A stretch of 24,183 bases of DNA, taken from positions 1 to 24,183 of IMG/VR virus record IMGVR_UViG_3300042510_001118. The stretch is one strand, 5' to 3'. Of this stretch, positions 14,795 through 23,286 are shown one piece after another. Position numbers and translations under genes: made by a program. Below the pieces are notes generated by a model that saw only the letters and a program-made list of their open reading frames with translations, had not been told where the DNA came from and searched no databases. This DNA is from a virus (lineage: Duplodnaviria; Caudoviricetes). The stretch's first letter is position 1, and the number at the start of each line of letters is the position of its first letter.

Positions 14795-14971
14795 CTATTC
14801 CCCGGCGCTCGTCGCGGCGTGCTGCGTCCCGGTCTCCCGGTGCAGGCGGCCGATGTGGGCAACCATCTCGGCCTCAGTGCCCACGAACATGCGGCCGGCG
14901 CTCTCGTCGGCGTGACCGTCTACAATCGGGCGGACCCACCACAGGGGCTTGCCGTTTGTGCGGTTGCTCAT
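14795..14971 (-). CDS. 58-aa hypothetical protein
   Basis: Hand translation MSNRTNGKPLWWVRPIVDGHADESAGRMFVGTEAEMVAHIGRLHRETGTQHAATSAGE; ATGA overlap with GGAG upstream; fills the gap. Confidence 0.55.
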   Translation of the reverse strand: MSNRTNGKPLWWVRPIVDGHADESAGRMFVGTEAEMVAHIGRLHRETGTQHAATSAGE

Positions 14972-17598
14972 GACGTCGGCACTCCAAGGAACTGCGCGAG
15001 GCGCTGGTTTGGGATGCGCTCGAGGTCGCCGCCGAACTGGGCGTAGAGCGGCGTGATCCAGGCGTGCGAGAAGCCATAGGTCGAACGGAGAGAGCGGAGA
15101 GCGGTGACGTAGTCGACCGGGATTTCCTGTGCCGTGCCGCCAACGCGAAGCTCAATCGCCAGATTGTCGATCGGCAACGGAAGCGTACCGTCCACGCCTT
15201 TGAAGAAGTTCATCTGGGCAACAATTTCGGCGGTCATCGCGGTAGCGGTCGGAGCAGTCGAGTTTGTGATAAGCACATGCAGGTCGATGTTCTCGTCAAT
15301 ACCATTGACGCCCGCCGCGGCGGTGAGCAGAGCATTGGCGTTCTCGATACGCCATCCGCTGTAGGTGCCCGTCCCCTTGTGCACGGCATGCGACAAGGTG
15401 GTGAGCGTGTAGCTCTTGGCGTGGCACAGCCGCGCCAGGCCACGGATCGAGCGGACGAACTGAGCGGGTGAGCGATTGTCCGCCCATTCGAGATCGAGCG
15501 TGATCCCGCCGACCGGCGAATAACCCCGCGTCCGAATGTCGGCCAGCCGGCCCTGGCCGAGCAGGATCTTGTTTCGCGTAACCTTGAACTGGCCGTTCAC
15601 GGCATCATCGACAAAGATCGTGTCGCGGTTGTCGTAGAAATAAGCCCTGTGGCCGACAGCCCCGGTGTTGATGCTCACGTCAGTGTAGAGGTCGGACGCG
15701 CTGCCGAGGTAGGCCGCCCATCCGGAAACGTCGTATCCGAACTGGGTTGCGATATCGAGCCAGCCCCAGCCCGCTGCGCGGTAGACCCCATCGAACGTCG
15801 TGAGCGTCGTGTCGTCTTTGGCGAGATAGCCCAGGGTGTAGGCCGCCTTTACGAACATCTCTCCCATGGCAAGTTCGTAGGTGTCGAACTCTGTGCGACC
15901 TGAAAAACCGTTGGTGAGGTTGATGCCGCCCATTGTGTCGTTGGGCTTTTTGGCCCACGCCGTGATCGTGCCGGGCGTAGTGCCGAGACCGCGTGTTCCC
16001 CAGAAGAACTCGTCGAGCGTGATGAGTGTCTGGCGGGTGTACTTCGCGTGCCCCCAGGGCCGGATCGACAGGCTGGTGGCGGGAAAGGCGATGTAGCCGA
16101 TTTCCAGCGGTACGATCGTCTGGTCCTGCGTCCACGTCGCTCCGTTGCTCGAGAACGAGGCGTAGTCATACATGTCAGAGAGGACGACGCCGTTAAACGT
16201 GACGGTGCCCGCGCCCTCGTCCATCTTGCGGACCACGAGCTTGCCGCCGCTTCCAGCGGTCGCTGCCGGCAGGATGGTCACGGTGCGGTTCGTGCCGCCC
16301 GGATAGCAGTGAATGTTGCGGCGAAGGTCGGCCGTCGTAGCGTCGTAGTTGTTCGCGGCCCAAGCAAAGGTGGAGGAGCTGGTTGACGTCGTAACCACCG
16401 AAAGAAAGTTCTGGTAGTCCTGGGTCAAGACCCAGGCGGCTCCGTCCGAGACAAAGATGGCGTGGTCCCATTCGCTGTCGAGCGCGATCACCCCGTTGAT
16501 CGTCGTCACACCAACACCGCGGTCAATCTTGCGGAAAACCTGAAGGGCACCCGAGCCGGCGGTAACGGCCGACATGAGGGTGATAGTCTTGGCCGCCGCG
16601 CCGCTGGTGATTCGCAGGGTCTTGTAGAGATCACCGACAACGGTCGTGTAGGCGTCGGCGGTGAAGACAACGGCCGCCGTCTCACGAGTGTATTGGGTGA
16701 CGTTCTCCTGGGTGTCGCTCATGGGCGGCTGGAGGATGCGTCCGATGGAGCCCGTCCAGTCGCCGGTATCGCTGCGCTCGAAGGCATTGTTGATGCTGAT
16801 CGGCACCTCGGGCTCGTCCTCGATCAGCGTGCCGAGCGCCGTAAGCGCCTTCCTAACAGCCTTCTCGATGCTGGCCGCCTGCGCTTCGGTGACGCTAGGC
16901 CCATCGAATCCGTAGGCCAGCATGGCGGGCTCGTAGGCGCTGCCGCTACCGCCGCGACCATACCTAAAGGTGCCGGTCGCAAGGGATGCCGCCGTGCCGA
17001 GCATCGCAACTTTGTCGCCGTTTTTGTGAATAAACCCGCCAGTCGCGCTGTTGACGACAACACCCGCCAGACCTCGGCCTGACTTGACTGGCGCCTGGAC
17101 TTGCAAGCTGCTTGAGCCCCAAACACCCATGACCGCGCCGGCCCGCAGACGCACAACGCCTGTGTTCACGCCGCCGGTCGCGCCGCACGCGCTGTAGACA
17201 CCGGGAATGTCGGACTGCGAGAACACCAGCGCAGTGATTGAAGGTGAGGCCCCCGCTGTCATACCGAGTTGCGTCGGGGTTTTGCCTGTGTCGAGGTAGC
17301 CGGTGGAGCCGTCCCCCTGCCAACCATAATAGGCTTCCTGCACTCCGGTCCCGACTTGCGTCATGCGCTGAAGGGGGCTCTTGACGTTGATGAGATAGCC
17401 ATCGGTTCCGGGCGCATTCAGAAACCTGATGCCCGTCAGCGTAGTCCACCAGCCATCGTCCTTGCCGGTGCGGACGAAGTTATGGTGGGCGAGAAGGTAC
17501 TTTGAGTCTGGCGGCTGGGTGCATTGCCGCGCCCACGTCATGAGATCGGCGTCGACCTGTGGCGCGACGACGCCAGCAAGGGCGTTGACCGGCATCAT
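14968..17598 (-). CDS. Large modular fibre/spike protein (~876 aa): lectin-like N-domain, two fibre repeats, possible glycosidase C-domain
   Basis: Start placed at the ATGA overlap at 17598. 'GDGSTGYLDTG' LamG-like motif; two ~80-aa repeats; 'GGITLDLEW' in an alpha/beta region. Confidence 0.7.
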   Translation of the reverse strand: MMPVNALAGVVAPQVDADLMTWARQCTQPPDSKYLLAHHNFVRTGKDDGWWTTLTGIRFLNAPGTDGYLINVKSPLQRMTQVGTGVQEAYYGWQGDGSTGYLDTGKTPTQLGMTAGASPSITALVFSQSDIPGVYSACGATGGVNTGVVRLRAGAVMGVWGSSSLQVQAPVKSGRGLAGVVVNSATGGFIHKNGDKVAMLGTAASLATGTFRYGRGGSGSAYEPAMLAYGFDGPSVTEAQAASIEKAVRKALTALGTLIEDEPEVPISINNAFERSDTGDWTGSIGRILQPPMSDTQENVTQYTRETAAVVFTADAYTTVVGDLYKTLRITSGAAAKTITLMSAVTAGSGALQVFRKIDRGVGVTTINGVIALDSEWDHAIFVSDGAAWVLTQDYQNFLSVVTTSTSSSTFAWAANNYDATTADLRRNIHCYPGGTNRTVTILPAATAGSGGKLVVRKMDEGAGTVTFNGVVLSDMYDYASFSSNGATWTQDQTIVPLEIGYIAFPATSLSIRPWGHAKYTRQTLITLDEFFWGTRGLGTTPGTITAWAKKPNDTMGGINLTNGFSGRTEFDTYELAMGEMFVKAAYTLGYLAKDDTTLTTFDGVYRAAGWGWLDIATQFGYDVSGWAAYLGSASDLYTDVSINTGAVGHRAYFYDNRDTIFVDDAVNGQFKVTRNKILLGQGRLADIRTRGYSPVGGITLDLEWADNRSPAQFVRSIRGLARLCHAKSYTLTTLSHAVHKGTGTYSGWRIENANALLTAAAGVNGIDENIDLHVLITNSTAPTATAMTAEIVAQMNFFKGVDGTLPLPIDNLAIELRVGGTAQEIPVDYVTALRSLRSTYGFSHAWITPLYAQFGGDLERIPNQRLAQFLGVPTS

Positions 17599-17951
17599 GA
17601 CGTCATCGGCCCCGACACAACCCACTCGGCGGACGAGCCGTCTGTGTTGTTCATGACGGTGAGAGAAAACTCGGCGTTCTCGCCGCCCGTCTTTTCGTAT
17701 CCGAGAAGATTGTCGACGGGCGGAGCGCCGGCCTCCTCGGCAAAGGTTATGGCTCCCGTGCCCTGGATGCCACGCAGCGCCGTGCCACGAGGGGCAGTCT
17801 TGGAGAGCGTCCAAGTAACGTCCGCGACCGACGTGCTGCGAAGGCACTTGCCGCTGTCGGCCGACACCACAGTATAGGTTGTCGTGATGTCAGTGATGGG
17901 GAGCAGTCCACCGAAGCGCAGGCCGGTCACGATGTCACTGAGCAGCGCCAT
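17595..17951 (-). CDS. Small fibre-associated protein (single fibre-repeat domain)
   Basis: 'ITTTYTVVSADSGKCLRSTSVADVTWTL...QGTGAITF...EWVVSG'; GGAGG RBS. Confidence 0.7.
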   Translation of the reverse strand: MALLSDIVTGLRFGGLLPITDITTTYTVVSADSGKCLRSTSVADVTWTLSKTAPRGTALRGIQGTGAITFAEEAGAPPVDNLLGYEKTGGENAEFSLTVMNNTDGSSAEWVVSGPMTS

Positions 17952-18141
17952 CTTCAGCCTCCACCGGGATGCGCTCGAACACACCATCGACCAGCCGGAA
18001 GCCCTTGGCCTGCGTGCGCGGGTCGGTCTGCTTAAAGACCATGTAGCCTTCTGGCGGGGTCCAAGGCGTAACGCCGTCCCACACGCACACGTTATCGACC
18101 GTGCCGTCCGGAGCGATAATGACGTAGCTCTCTAGTGCCAT
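17935..18141 (-). CDS. Small tail fibre partner/assembly protein
   Basis: 'YVIIAPDGTVDNVCVWDGVTPWTPPEG...DGVF'; GGAG RBS; follows the glycine-rich fibre. Confidence 0.7.
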   Translation of the reverse strand: MALESYVIIAPDGTVDNVCVWDGVTPWTPPEGYMVFKQTDPRTQAKGFRLVDGVFERIPVEAEDGAAQ

Positions 18142-18150
18142 TTCTTACTC

Positions 18151-19626
18151 CTAGAACCGTTGCGTGACGCGGATCTCGCCGCGGGCGCCGGCCGCCCCAG
18201 CACCGGAGGCGAAGCCGTTGACCGAAGCCCCGCCGCCGCCGCCGCCGCCACCGGGCGACCCGCCTGCTGCACCAGCACCGCCGGCCGCCGCCGCATTGGC
18301 ACCGCCGCCGCCGCCGCCGCTGCCGCCTTCCTGCGTCAATGAATTGCTGATGCTGTTTCCAGCCGTGCCGGCTGCGCCACCGACCGCCCCACCCGCGCCA
18401 GCGGACACGGTCGTAAAGGAAGCCGACGAACCAGTGCCGGGCGTGCCCCCGGCGCGCTCGACATTGGCCGCTGAGAGTCCACCGCCAGCGGAGCCAGAGC
18501 CCACGACATTCGTGCCGACGCTGGTCGGCGTGGCGCTGGTGCTGGACGCGCTGCCACCCGTGATCGGCACCCGCATCGTTGTCGAGGTCGCCGCGACCCC
18601 GCCCGTTCCGGCGGTCGCTGTGCCGCCGCTGCCGGCATTGCCGGCCTTGCCTTTAATAAGAGAGCCGAACGAGCTGTCGTTGCCGTTCGTGCCGGCGTTG
18701 CCATCGGTGTCGTCAACTGCAACTGCCGCTCCGCCCGCTGCCGTTGCGGCGACGGTGACGGTTTCCGTGGCGGCGAGGGAACTGGCAGGGATGCCGTTCA
18801 GAAAATTGATGCCACTCGCAGCACCGCCGCCGCCGCCAAATCGTTGCCCACCCGCCGCGCCGCGCCGCCCCGAGCCGCCGCCGGCACCGCCGCCGATCGC
18901 CCAAACGTCAACGCTTTTGAGCAGCGGCGGCTTGGTCCATGTGTCGTTGGCGGTGTAGACGACGATAGTCGTTGCGATCTTGCAGTCGACGGCCTCCCAC
19001 GCCGTGCCGTTGACGCGCAGCCGCACCGTGTCGCCCTGCGTCAGAAGCCACGCATGAGCCGTCGAGCCGTCCGTAATGATGACCTTGCCGGCGCCGCTGT
19101 CAGCCTTGCGGAAGGAAATGTGCTTGCCGTCACCAGCCAGCGACGCCGAGGACAGTGTGATCGTGGCGTCGGTCGCCCCGGTCGTGACCAGCAGCGTCTT
19201 GCGGAGGTCGCCAGTGACCGTTGTGTACGCCTGGGCCGTGAGCGTAACCGTCGAGCTGGCGCTGTCAGCCGTGCCAGACGCGCCGGTCGATCCCGCTGGG
19301 CCAGGAGGGCCAAGCCTTACCGTCCAACCGCCGCCGGCTGAGTAGTAGACCAGCTCGAACCGGCAGGAGACGTCGCACGTCAGGTTGGCGGCGGCGCCGT
19401 GGATGTTGTTGCCGTTCCTGGCGATCGTGAGGTTGTTCGTCGCCCACGTACCGAGCGGGTCATCGAACCAGACGGACTGGCCATTCGTCGGGTTACCCGG
19501 AAGGGTAATAGTGAAAGGCCCCGAAGTCGTGTTCGCGGCAATGCGCTCGAACATACTCGCGCTGTAGGCGGCAGTTTTGATGCGCCACGGGAGCGGTATT
19601 GGGAAAGCGTTGAGGCCAATACTCAT
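18151..19626 (-). CDS. Glycine-rich tail fibre protein
   Basis: Two N-terminal fibre-repeat domains ('FTITLPGNPTNGQSV...LTIARNG'), then 'TWTKP...VWAIGGGAGGGSG' glycine-rich domain ending 'GARGEIRV'. Confidence 0.85.
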   Translation of the reverse strand: MSIGLNAFPIPLPWRIKTAAYSASMFERIAANTTSGPFTITLPGNPTNGQSVWFDDPLGTWATNNLTIARNGNNIHGAAANLTCDVSCRFELVYYSAGGGWTVRLGPPGPAGSTGASGTADSASSTVTLTAQAYTTVTGDLRKTLLVTTGATDATITLSSASLAGDGKHISFRKADSGAGKVIITDGSTAHAWLLTQGDTVRLRVNGTAWEAVDCKIATTIVVYTANDTWTKPPLLKSVDVWAIGGGAGGGSGRRGAAGGQRFGGGGGAASGINFLNGIPASSLAATETVTVAATAAGGAAVAVDDTDGNAGTNGNDSSFGSLIKGKAGNAGSGGTATAGTGGVAATSTTMRVPITGGSASSTSATPTSVGTNVVGSGSAGGGLSAANVERAGGTPGTGSSASFTTVSAGAGGAVGGAAGTAGNSISNSLTQEGGSGGGGGGANAAAAGGAGAAGGSPGGGGGGGGASVNGFASGAGAAGARGEIRVTQRF

Positions 19627-19642
19627 GTGTTACCCTCAGAGG

Positions 19643-20323
19643 TTACGCGGTCGTGCCGGTGTACAGCGTGATGATGTTGCCAGCAGTGCCCGTAACCGTA
19701 ACTGTGCCCGTGGGGGTGTCTTGCCCGCTGTAGGTGTGGACAGTAGCCCCAGCGAGAAGTGAAATGCCTTCATCCGCGGCGACATTGATCGACTGCCCGG
19801 CGATATCGTACCGGGCGATGTCGTTGCTCGCGCGGTTGTAAATCAGCAGCGCGCGACGATTGGCGTTCGCAGCGAGCAGAACTTGGTCAGTGGCCCCGGT
19901 AAGTGTGACCGCGCTGCGAGCCCACGTAAGCGCCGACGTATCGTCAGTGGACACAGGCAGCGTCGCGGGGCCAGACGTGACCCTGATCGAAACATCTGCC
20001 TCGAGTGTAATCGCCGTCGTACGCACACGGAACTTAGAGTAGCCGGCGACGTTGGTCAGCCAAGCGCCGTTGCCGGTTGCAGAGAGAACCAGCGCTCCTG
20101 AGGGCAGCGGCTGCATCTCCATGGAGACGTAGTCATCGCCGTTGATTGTGCCCTCGAACAGGAGTGTCGCCGTCCAAGACCCGGTGATCTGCACGGCCAG
20201 CGTTGACGCGTCGATCGGAAGCAAGATCTCGACGTAGAGATTGCTCGTCTCGATGGTGCCGGTCTCGGCGTACGACGTAGAGCAGGTGTCGCAGCCGTCG
20301 GTGAATAGTGGGGTCAAGGCCAT
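19643..20323 (-). CDS. Virion structural protein with two beta-sandwich-like domains
   Basis: 'AVQITGSWTATLLFEGTING...AGYSKFRVR' and 'LLAANANRRALLIYN'; GGAGG RBS. Confidence 0.7.
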   Translation of the reverse strand: MALTPLFTDGCDTCSTSYAETGTIETSNLYVEILLPIDASTLAVQITGSWTATLLFEGTINGDDYVSMEMQPLPSGALVLSATGNGAWLTNVAGYSKFRVRTTAITLEADVSIRVTSGPATLPVSTDDTSALTWARSAVTLTGATDQVLLAANANRRALLIYNRASNDIARYDIAGQSINVAADEGISLLAGATVHTYSGQDTPTGTVTVTGTAGNIITLYTGTTA

Positions 20324-20327
20324 CGCG

Positions 20328-20684
20328 TTACGCCTCCCAGCGATAGACCGCCGTCACTTGAGTATTGCTCACGTCAACACGTCGCACGGAGAGCTCGTTC
20401 GCGTTGGCGAGCCCCTCGAAAGTAAACGTCGCGGCGGAAGCAACCGGCACCGCGACACCAGATCCACCTTGTCTGACCTCAAGCGCGGTGCCTGAGTTGT
20501 TGAACAAGGTCACGCGCTTGGCAGCTTGCGATGTCAGAGCCACATATGTAGCTCCCGTAGCCGAAGTCTGCACCGAGCCATTACCCCCAGATAGGGCATA
20601 GATCGCCACAGGGAGCGGCTTATCATGCGCGACGACAGCAGTATCCGTCGTACCGTCGTCAAACATAATCCGGTCGTTGGCCAT
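20328..20684 (-). CDS. Small virion structural protein
   Basis: 118 aa, beta-rich; 'AKRVTLFNNSGT'; located in the late operon. Confidence 0.7.
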   Translation of the reverse strand: MANDRIMFDDGTTDTAVVAHDKPLPVAIYALSGGNGSVQTSATGATYVALTSQAAKRVTLFNNSGTALEVRQGGSGVAVPVASAATFTFEGLANANELSVRRVDVSNTQVTAVYRWEA

Positions 20685-20716
20685 AGTTTACCTTTCCGGG
20701 TAAAGCCCCGACGTGC

Positions 20717-21328
20717 CTAGTAGAGGCCGCCCATCGGACCCAAATCGGCCGCAAACGTCGTCGGCGGCGTGATCGTAGTGAGCGTGCCGTAGACTTCGCC
20801 GGTCTTCTTCGAGGCGCCGAAGTTGCCGAAGGGGTGCGTGTTGAAGCGAGCCGTCGTGTTGTCGACCTGCAGGCCGATGTAGTACGTGCCCGGCGCCAGC
20901 TGGTACGTCGCCGTGAGCGGCACGCGCTGGAAGACGTCCGTGCCCGACATCGCCGTCGAGGCAGACGACGCGAGAACGGCGCCGGCCTTGCTGTAGAGGC
21001 CGATCTTGATGTTGCCGCTGGCGACGCTGCCGTTGAACAGGGCGAACCCGGTCATGAGCATCGCGGTCGGCACGAGGATCTCGACGATGTACGTCTCGGT
21101 GACGACCGGCGTTGTGTTGGTGCCTGAGGCGTTGGTCCCCGGTGGGTGACTGCCGGTATAGACACATCGCGGCGAAGCGCCGGTGGTTCCCGACCCGAAG
21201 CTGGCAACCTTCACGCCGCCGACGGCAATCGCGATCTCGGTCGCGCTGGGGCGGTACATGCCGTAGTCGGGAGCGTCTTCTCCGGTCGGCTCGAAAAACT
21301 GAGCCCTTACTGCGTCGAAATCCTGCAT
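20717..21328 (-). CDS. Virion structural protein (decoration/fibre-like)
   Basis: AGGAGG RBS; T/G/A-rich; 'GNIKIGLYS...YQLAPGTYYIGL'; very high GC3. Confidence 0.75.
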   Translation of the reverse strand: MQDFDAVRAQFFEPTGEDAPDYGMYRPSATEIAIAVGGVKVASFGSGTTGASPRCVYTGSHPPGTNASGTNTTPVVTETYIVEILVPTAMLMTGFALFNGSVASGNIKIGLYSKAGAVLASSASTAMSGTDVFQRVPLTATYQLAPGTYYIGLQVDNTTARFNTHPFGNFGASKKTGEVYGTLTTITPPTTFAADLGPMGGLY

Positions 21329-21374
21329 GGATGCCTCCTGTTGGGGATACTTTATCAGAACGCGGGTACTACGC

Positions 21375-22262
21375 CTAGAGCTTGATCTGCACGCAGACTA
21401 CCAGCGCGGGTGGGATCGCCTTACCGTTGGCAACCGTGATTACGTGTGTATGGCTGCTAGCCGCCGGGCCGCTACCGACGATGCCCCAAACACCCGGGGC
21501 AGTATCTGCTGTGGCGGTGTGCGTATGTGCTTCGTCGCCGCCGGTGTTGCCCATAATTGTCGTGTCGAACAACGAGATCAGGGCCGCGTCGCTGTTGCCC
21601 ATCGTGGCCATACCCACCAAGACCCGGTCGCGGGACGAGGGGAGCGTGATGCGCTTGTTGGAAGCCCAGTCTGCCGCCGCCGAAACGCCACGGCCACCAG
21701 ACACAGGGGCTCGCGTGTCATCGAGGTTGTCCCAGAGATACTTGAACAACGTCTCGCAGTCGGCGTTGGCCCGCTCGGTAGCCGCCGAGGAAGCCGATCC
21801 AATCGTCAGCCCGTTGAGCCGCACCCAACCCGTGTCTGCTGTCAGTTTAAGGCAGGGGCGGATCGAGCCGGTCGGCACTGCGGCGGCTACTGCGGCGGCG
21901 ATCGCCGCGGTAATAGCGGCCTCGAGCGCGTACGGAACCCAATTGGCCCCGTCGTAGATCTCCTTGACGGCAAGGGTCGTGTTCCACCGCTCCATGCCTG
22001 CCAGAGGCGTTCCGGGGCGCTGGGCCGTCGTACCCGCCGTCAGCTTGACCGCACCCGTCGCAGTGAACGTAGCGTCACCTGCAGAGGTAAACGACAGGGG
22101 GAGCTCTTGCGCTGCGCCGGCGCCAGACGTGTCGCGGCCAAGGACTTTGCCCGCAGCCAACGTGATCGTGTGGTCGTCGTTCCAGTCCGACGGGCGCACG
22201 ACGGTCGTGTCGACGCCGTCGGCTTTCAGGTTCACAAAGGGGTGGACAATTTGCAGGGTCAT
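21375..22262 (-). CDS. Tail fibre protein with collar-like domain
   Basis: 'VVRPSDWNDDH' N-terminus, 'AGTTAQRP...RWNTT', collar-like 'PTGSI...GWVRLNGLTIGSA...LF...TLP..RDR', HxH motifs, terminal 'IKL'. Confidence 0.8.
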   Translation of the reverse strand: MTLQIVHPFVNLKADGVDTTVVRPSDWNDDHTITLAAGKVLGRDTSGAGAAQELPLSFTSAGDATFTATGAVKLTAGTTAQRPGTPLAGMERWNTTLAVKEIYDGANWVPYALEAAITAAIAAAVAAAVPTGSIRPCLKLTADTGWVRLNGLTIGSASSAATERANADCETLFKYLWDNLDDTRAPVSGGRGVSAAADWASNKRITLPSSRDRVLVGMATMGNSDAALISLFDTTIMGNTGGDEAHTHTATADTAPGVWGIVGSGPAASSHTHVITVANGKAIPPALVVCVQIKL

Positions 22263-22882
22263 ACGCCGCGCTGCCTTCCGACGTTAGCGATGCCGGCTTG
22301 AGGGTAACCCCACGTCGGGGCGTTGTGGACGTTCTGGCGGGCCACAGTAGCCCGCGCCAGCCCGCGACCCGAGTAGTACGCGCGCAGATGGGCGGCACCC
22401 AGCTGCGTGTTGGAGTAGGGCTTCAACGGCTGCGTCTGGAGGCGGCCGACGAGCCCTTGAAAGAGGGTGTCGTAGTACATGCTCAGGACCCAAGACGGGA
22501 TGAGCCGCTTGCAGTCGCTCGGGTTGGACCCATCGACGGCGTAGACGCTGCACTGCGCCACCCAGCAGGCGTCGAGGCTAGGGTCGCGGGCGAGCATGAT
22601 CGTGCCGGGTGTAGGCATCGACGCGGCAGTCACCCACCGCTTGTCGATGTCTTCACTGTCGAACAGGCAGAGCAGCGACTTGATGGCGACGCCGTTGCCC
22701 GGCGTGATCGTGTAGCAGCGGGTGCCGGGGACGATGCAGAGGTCGAACCCCATCTGCCAAGCATTGGTCTGCTGGAGAAAATCTCGGAGGAGCATGAACA
22801 GCTCGGCTTCGATGCCAGACGGCAAGGCGCCCGGCGCATGCACCGAGGCGTCAGCGATCAGGCGGTCGAATTCAGCGCTCAT
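22259..22882 (-). CDS. Head-tail adaptor / connector protein
   Basis: 'APGALP...RDFLQQTNAW...GLVGRLQTQPLKPYSN' resembles podoviral adaptors; second gene after the MCP. Confidence 0.65.
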   Translation of the reverse strand: MSAEFDRLIADASVHAPGALPSGIEAELFMLLRDFLQQTNAWQMGFDLCIVPGTRCYTITPGNGVAIKSLLCLFDSEDIDKRWVTAASMPTPGTIMLARDPSLDACWVAQCSVYAVDGSNPSDCKRLIPSWVLSMYYDTLFQGLVGRLQTQPLKPYSNTQLGAAHLRAYYSGRGLARATVARQNVHNAPTWGYPQAGIANVGRQRGV

Positions 22883-23226
22883 TACCCCAACCCTGTAAGC
22901 TTGGAGAGGAACGTGTTGAAGAACACCACGGCGCGGCCGTCGCTGTTGGCCTCGTCGTCCTGCATCTGGATCCGGCCGGTCACGAAGTTGATCAGCGCCG
23001 GCACGTACATCTGCTCGTAGTCGATGTAGGTCGAGAACTGGGAAGTCGTGTACTGCGGCACGTTCGAGAGGCGGTCGCGGTACATGTCGGGGCGCAGTCG
23101 GCGCGTCTCGAGGAGGCCTTCGTTGAGGGCCTGCACCATCTGAGTGTCGGTGTATCGCTCGCCGTCGACGTCCTGCAAAAGGACGCGCGCTTCAGTGAGG
23201 ATGTCGCCGACTGTTCTAAACGCCAC
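22882..23226 (-). CDS. Head completion/adaptor protein (DUF6682-like)
   Basis: 'TVGDILTEARVLLQD...RYTD...LNEGL...RRLRPD'; GTG with GGAGG RBS. Confidence 0.7.
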   Translation of the reverse strand: MAFRTVGDILTEARVLLQDVDGERYTDTQMVQALNEGLLETRRLRPDMYRDRLSNVPQYTTSQFSTYIDYEQMYVPALINFVTGRIQMQDDEANSDGRAVVFFNTFLSKLTGLG

Positions 23227-23239
23227 GAGAGCCTCCCTA

Positions 23240-23274
23240 GGAAGACGGGGCCGGAGGTTTTACCCCCCAGCCCC
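23240..23274 (-). terminator. Hairpin after the major capsid gene (partial terminator or mRNA stabiliser)
   Basis: Minus strand GGGGCTGGGGG-GTAAAA-CCTCCGGCCCC, 11-bp stem with two G-U pairs and a weak U tail (GTCTTCCT). Confidence 0.55.
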
Positions 23275-23286
23275 TAGTCCCCCCAC

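Noticed and set aside
17599-17847. 83-aa N-terminal extension of the 959-aa ORF
   Set aside because: It overlaps the well-formed 17595-17951 gene and is Arg/His-rich shadow sequence; the ATGA overlap at 17598 is the better start.
18164-18958. Pro/Ala-rich plus-strand ORF and GCC microsatellite-like runs
   Set aside because: Antisense shadow of the glycine-rich fibre gene (GGC codons).
16130-19250. Diversity-generating retroelement or invertible tail-fibre shufflon
   Set aside because: No reverse transcriptase or invertase, no near-identical DNA repeats with adenine-specific differences, and no inverted cassettes.
21327-23020. Long plus-strand ORFs (324 aa, 240 aa), and similarly 1619-2326, 3874-4662 and 13324-14115
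   Set aside because: Antisense to convincing genes; long shadow ORFs are common at this GC content.
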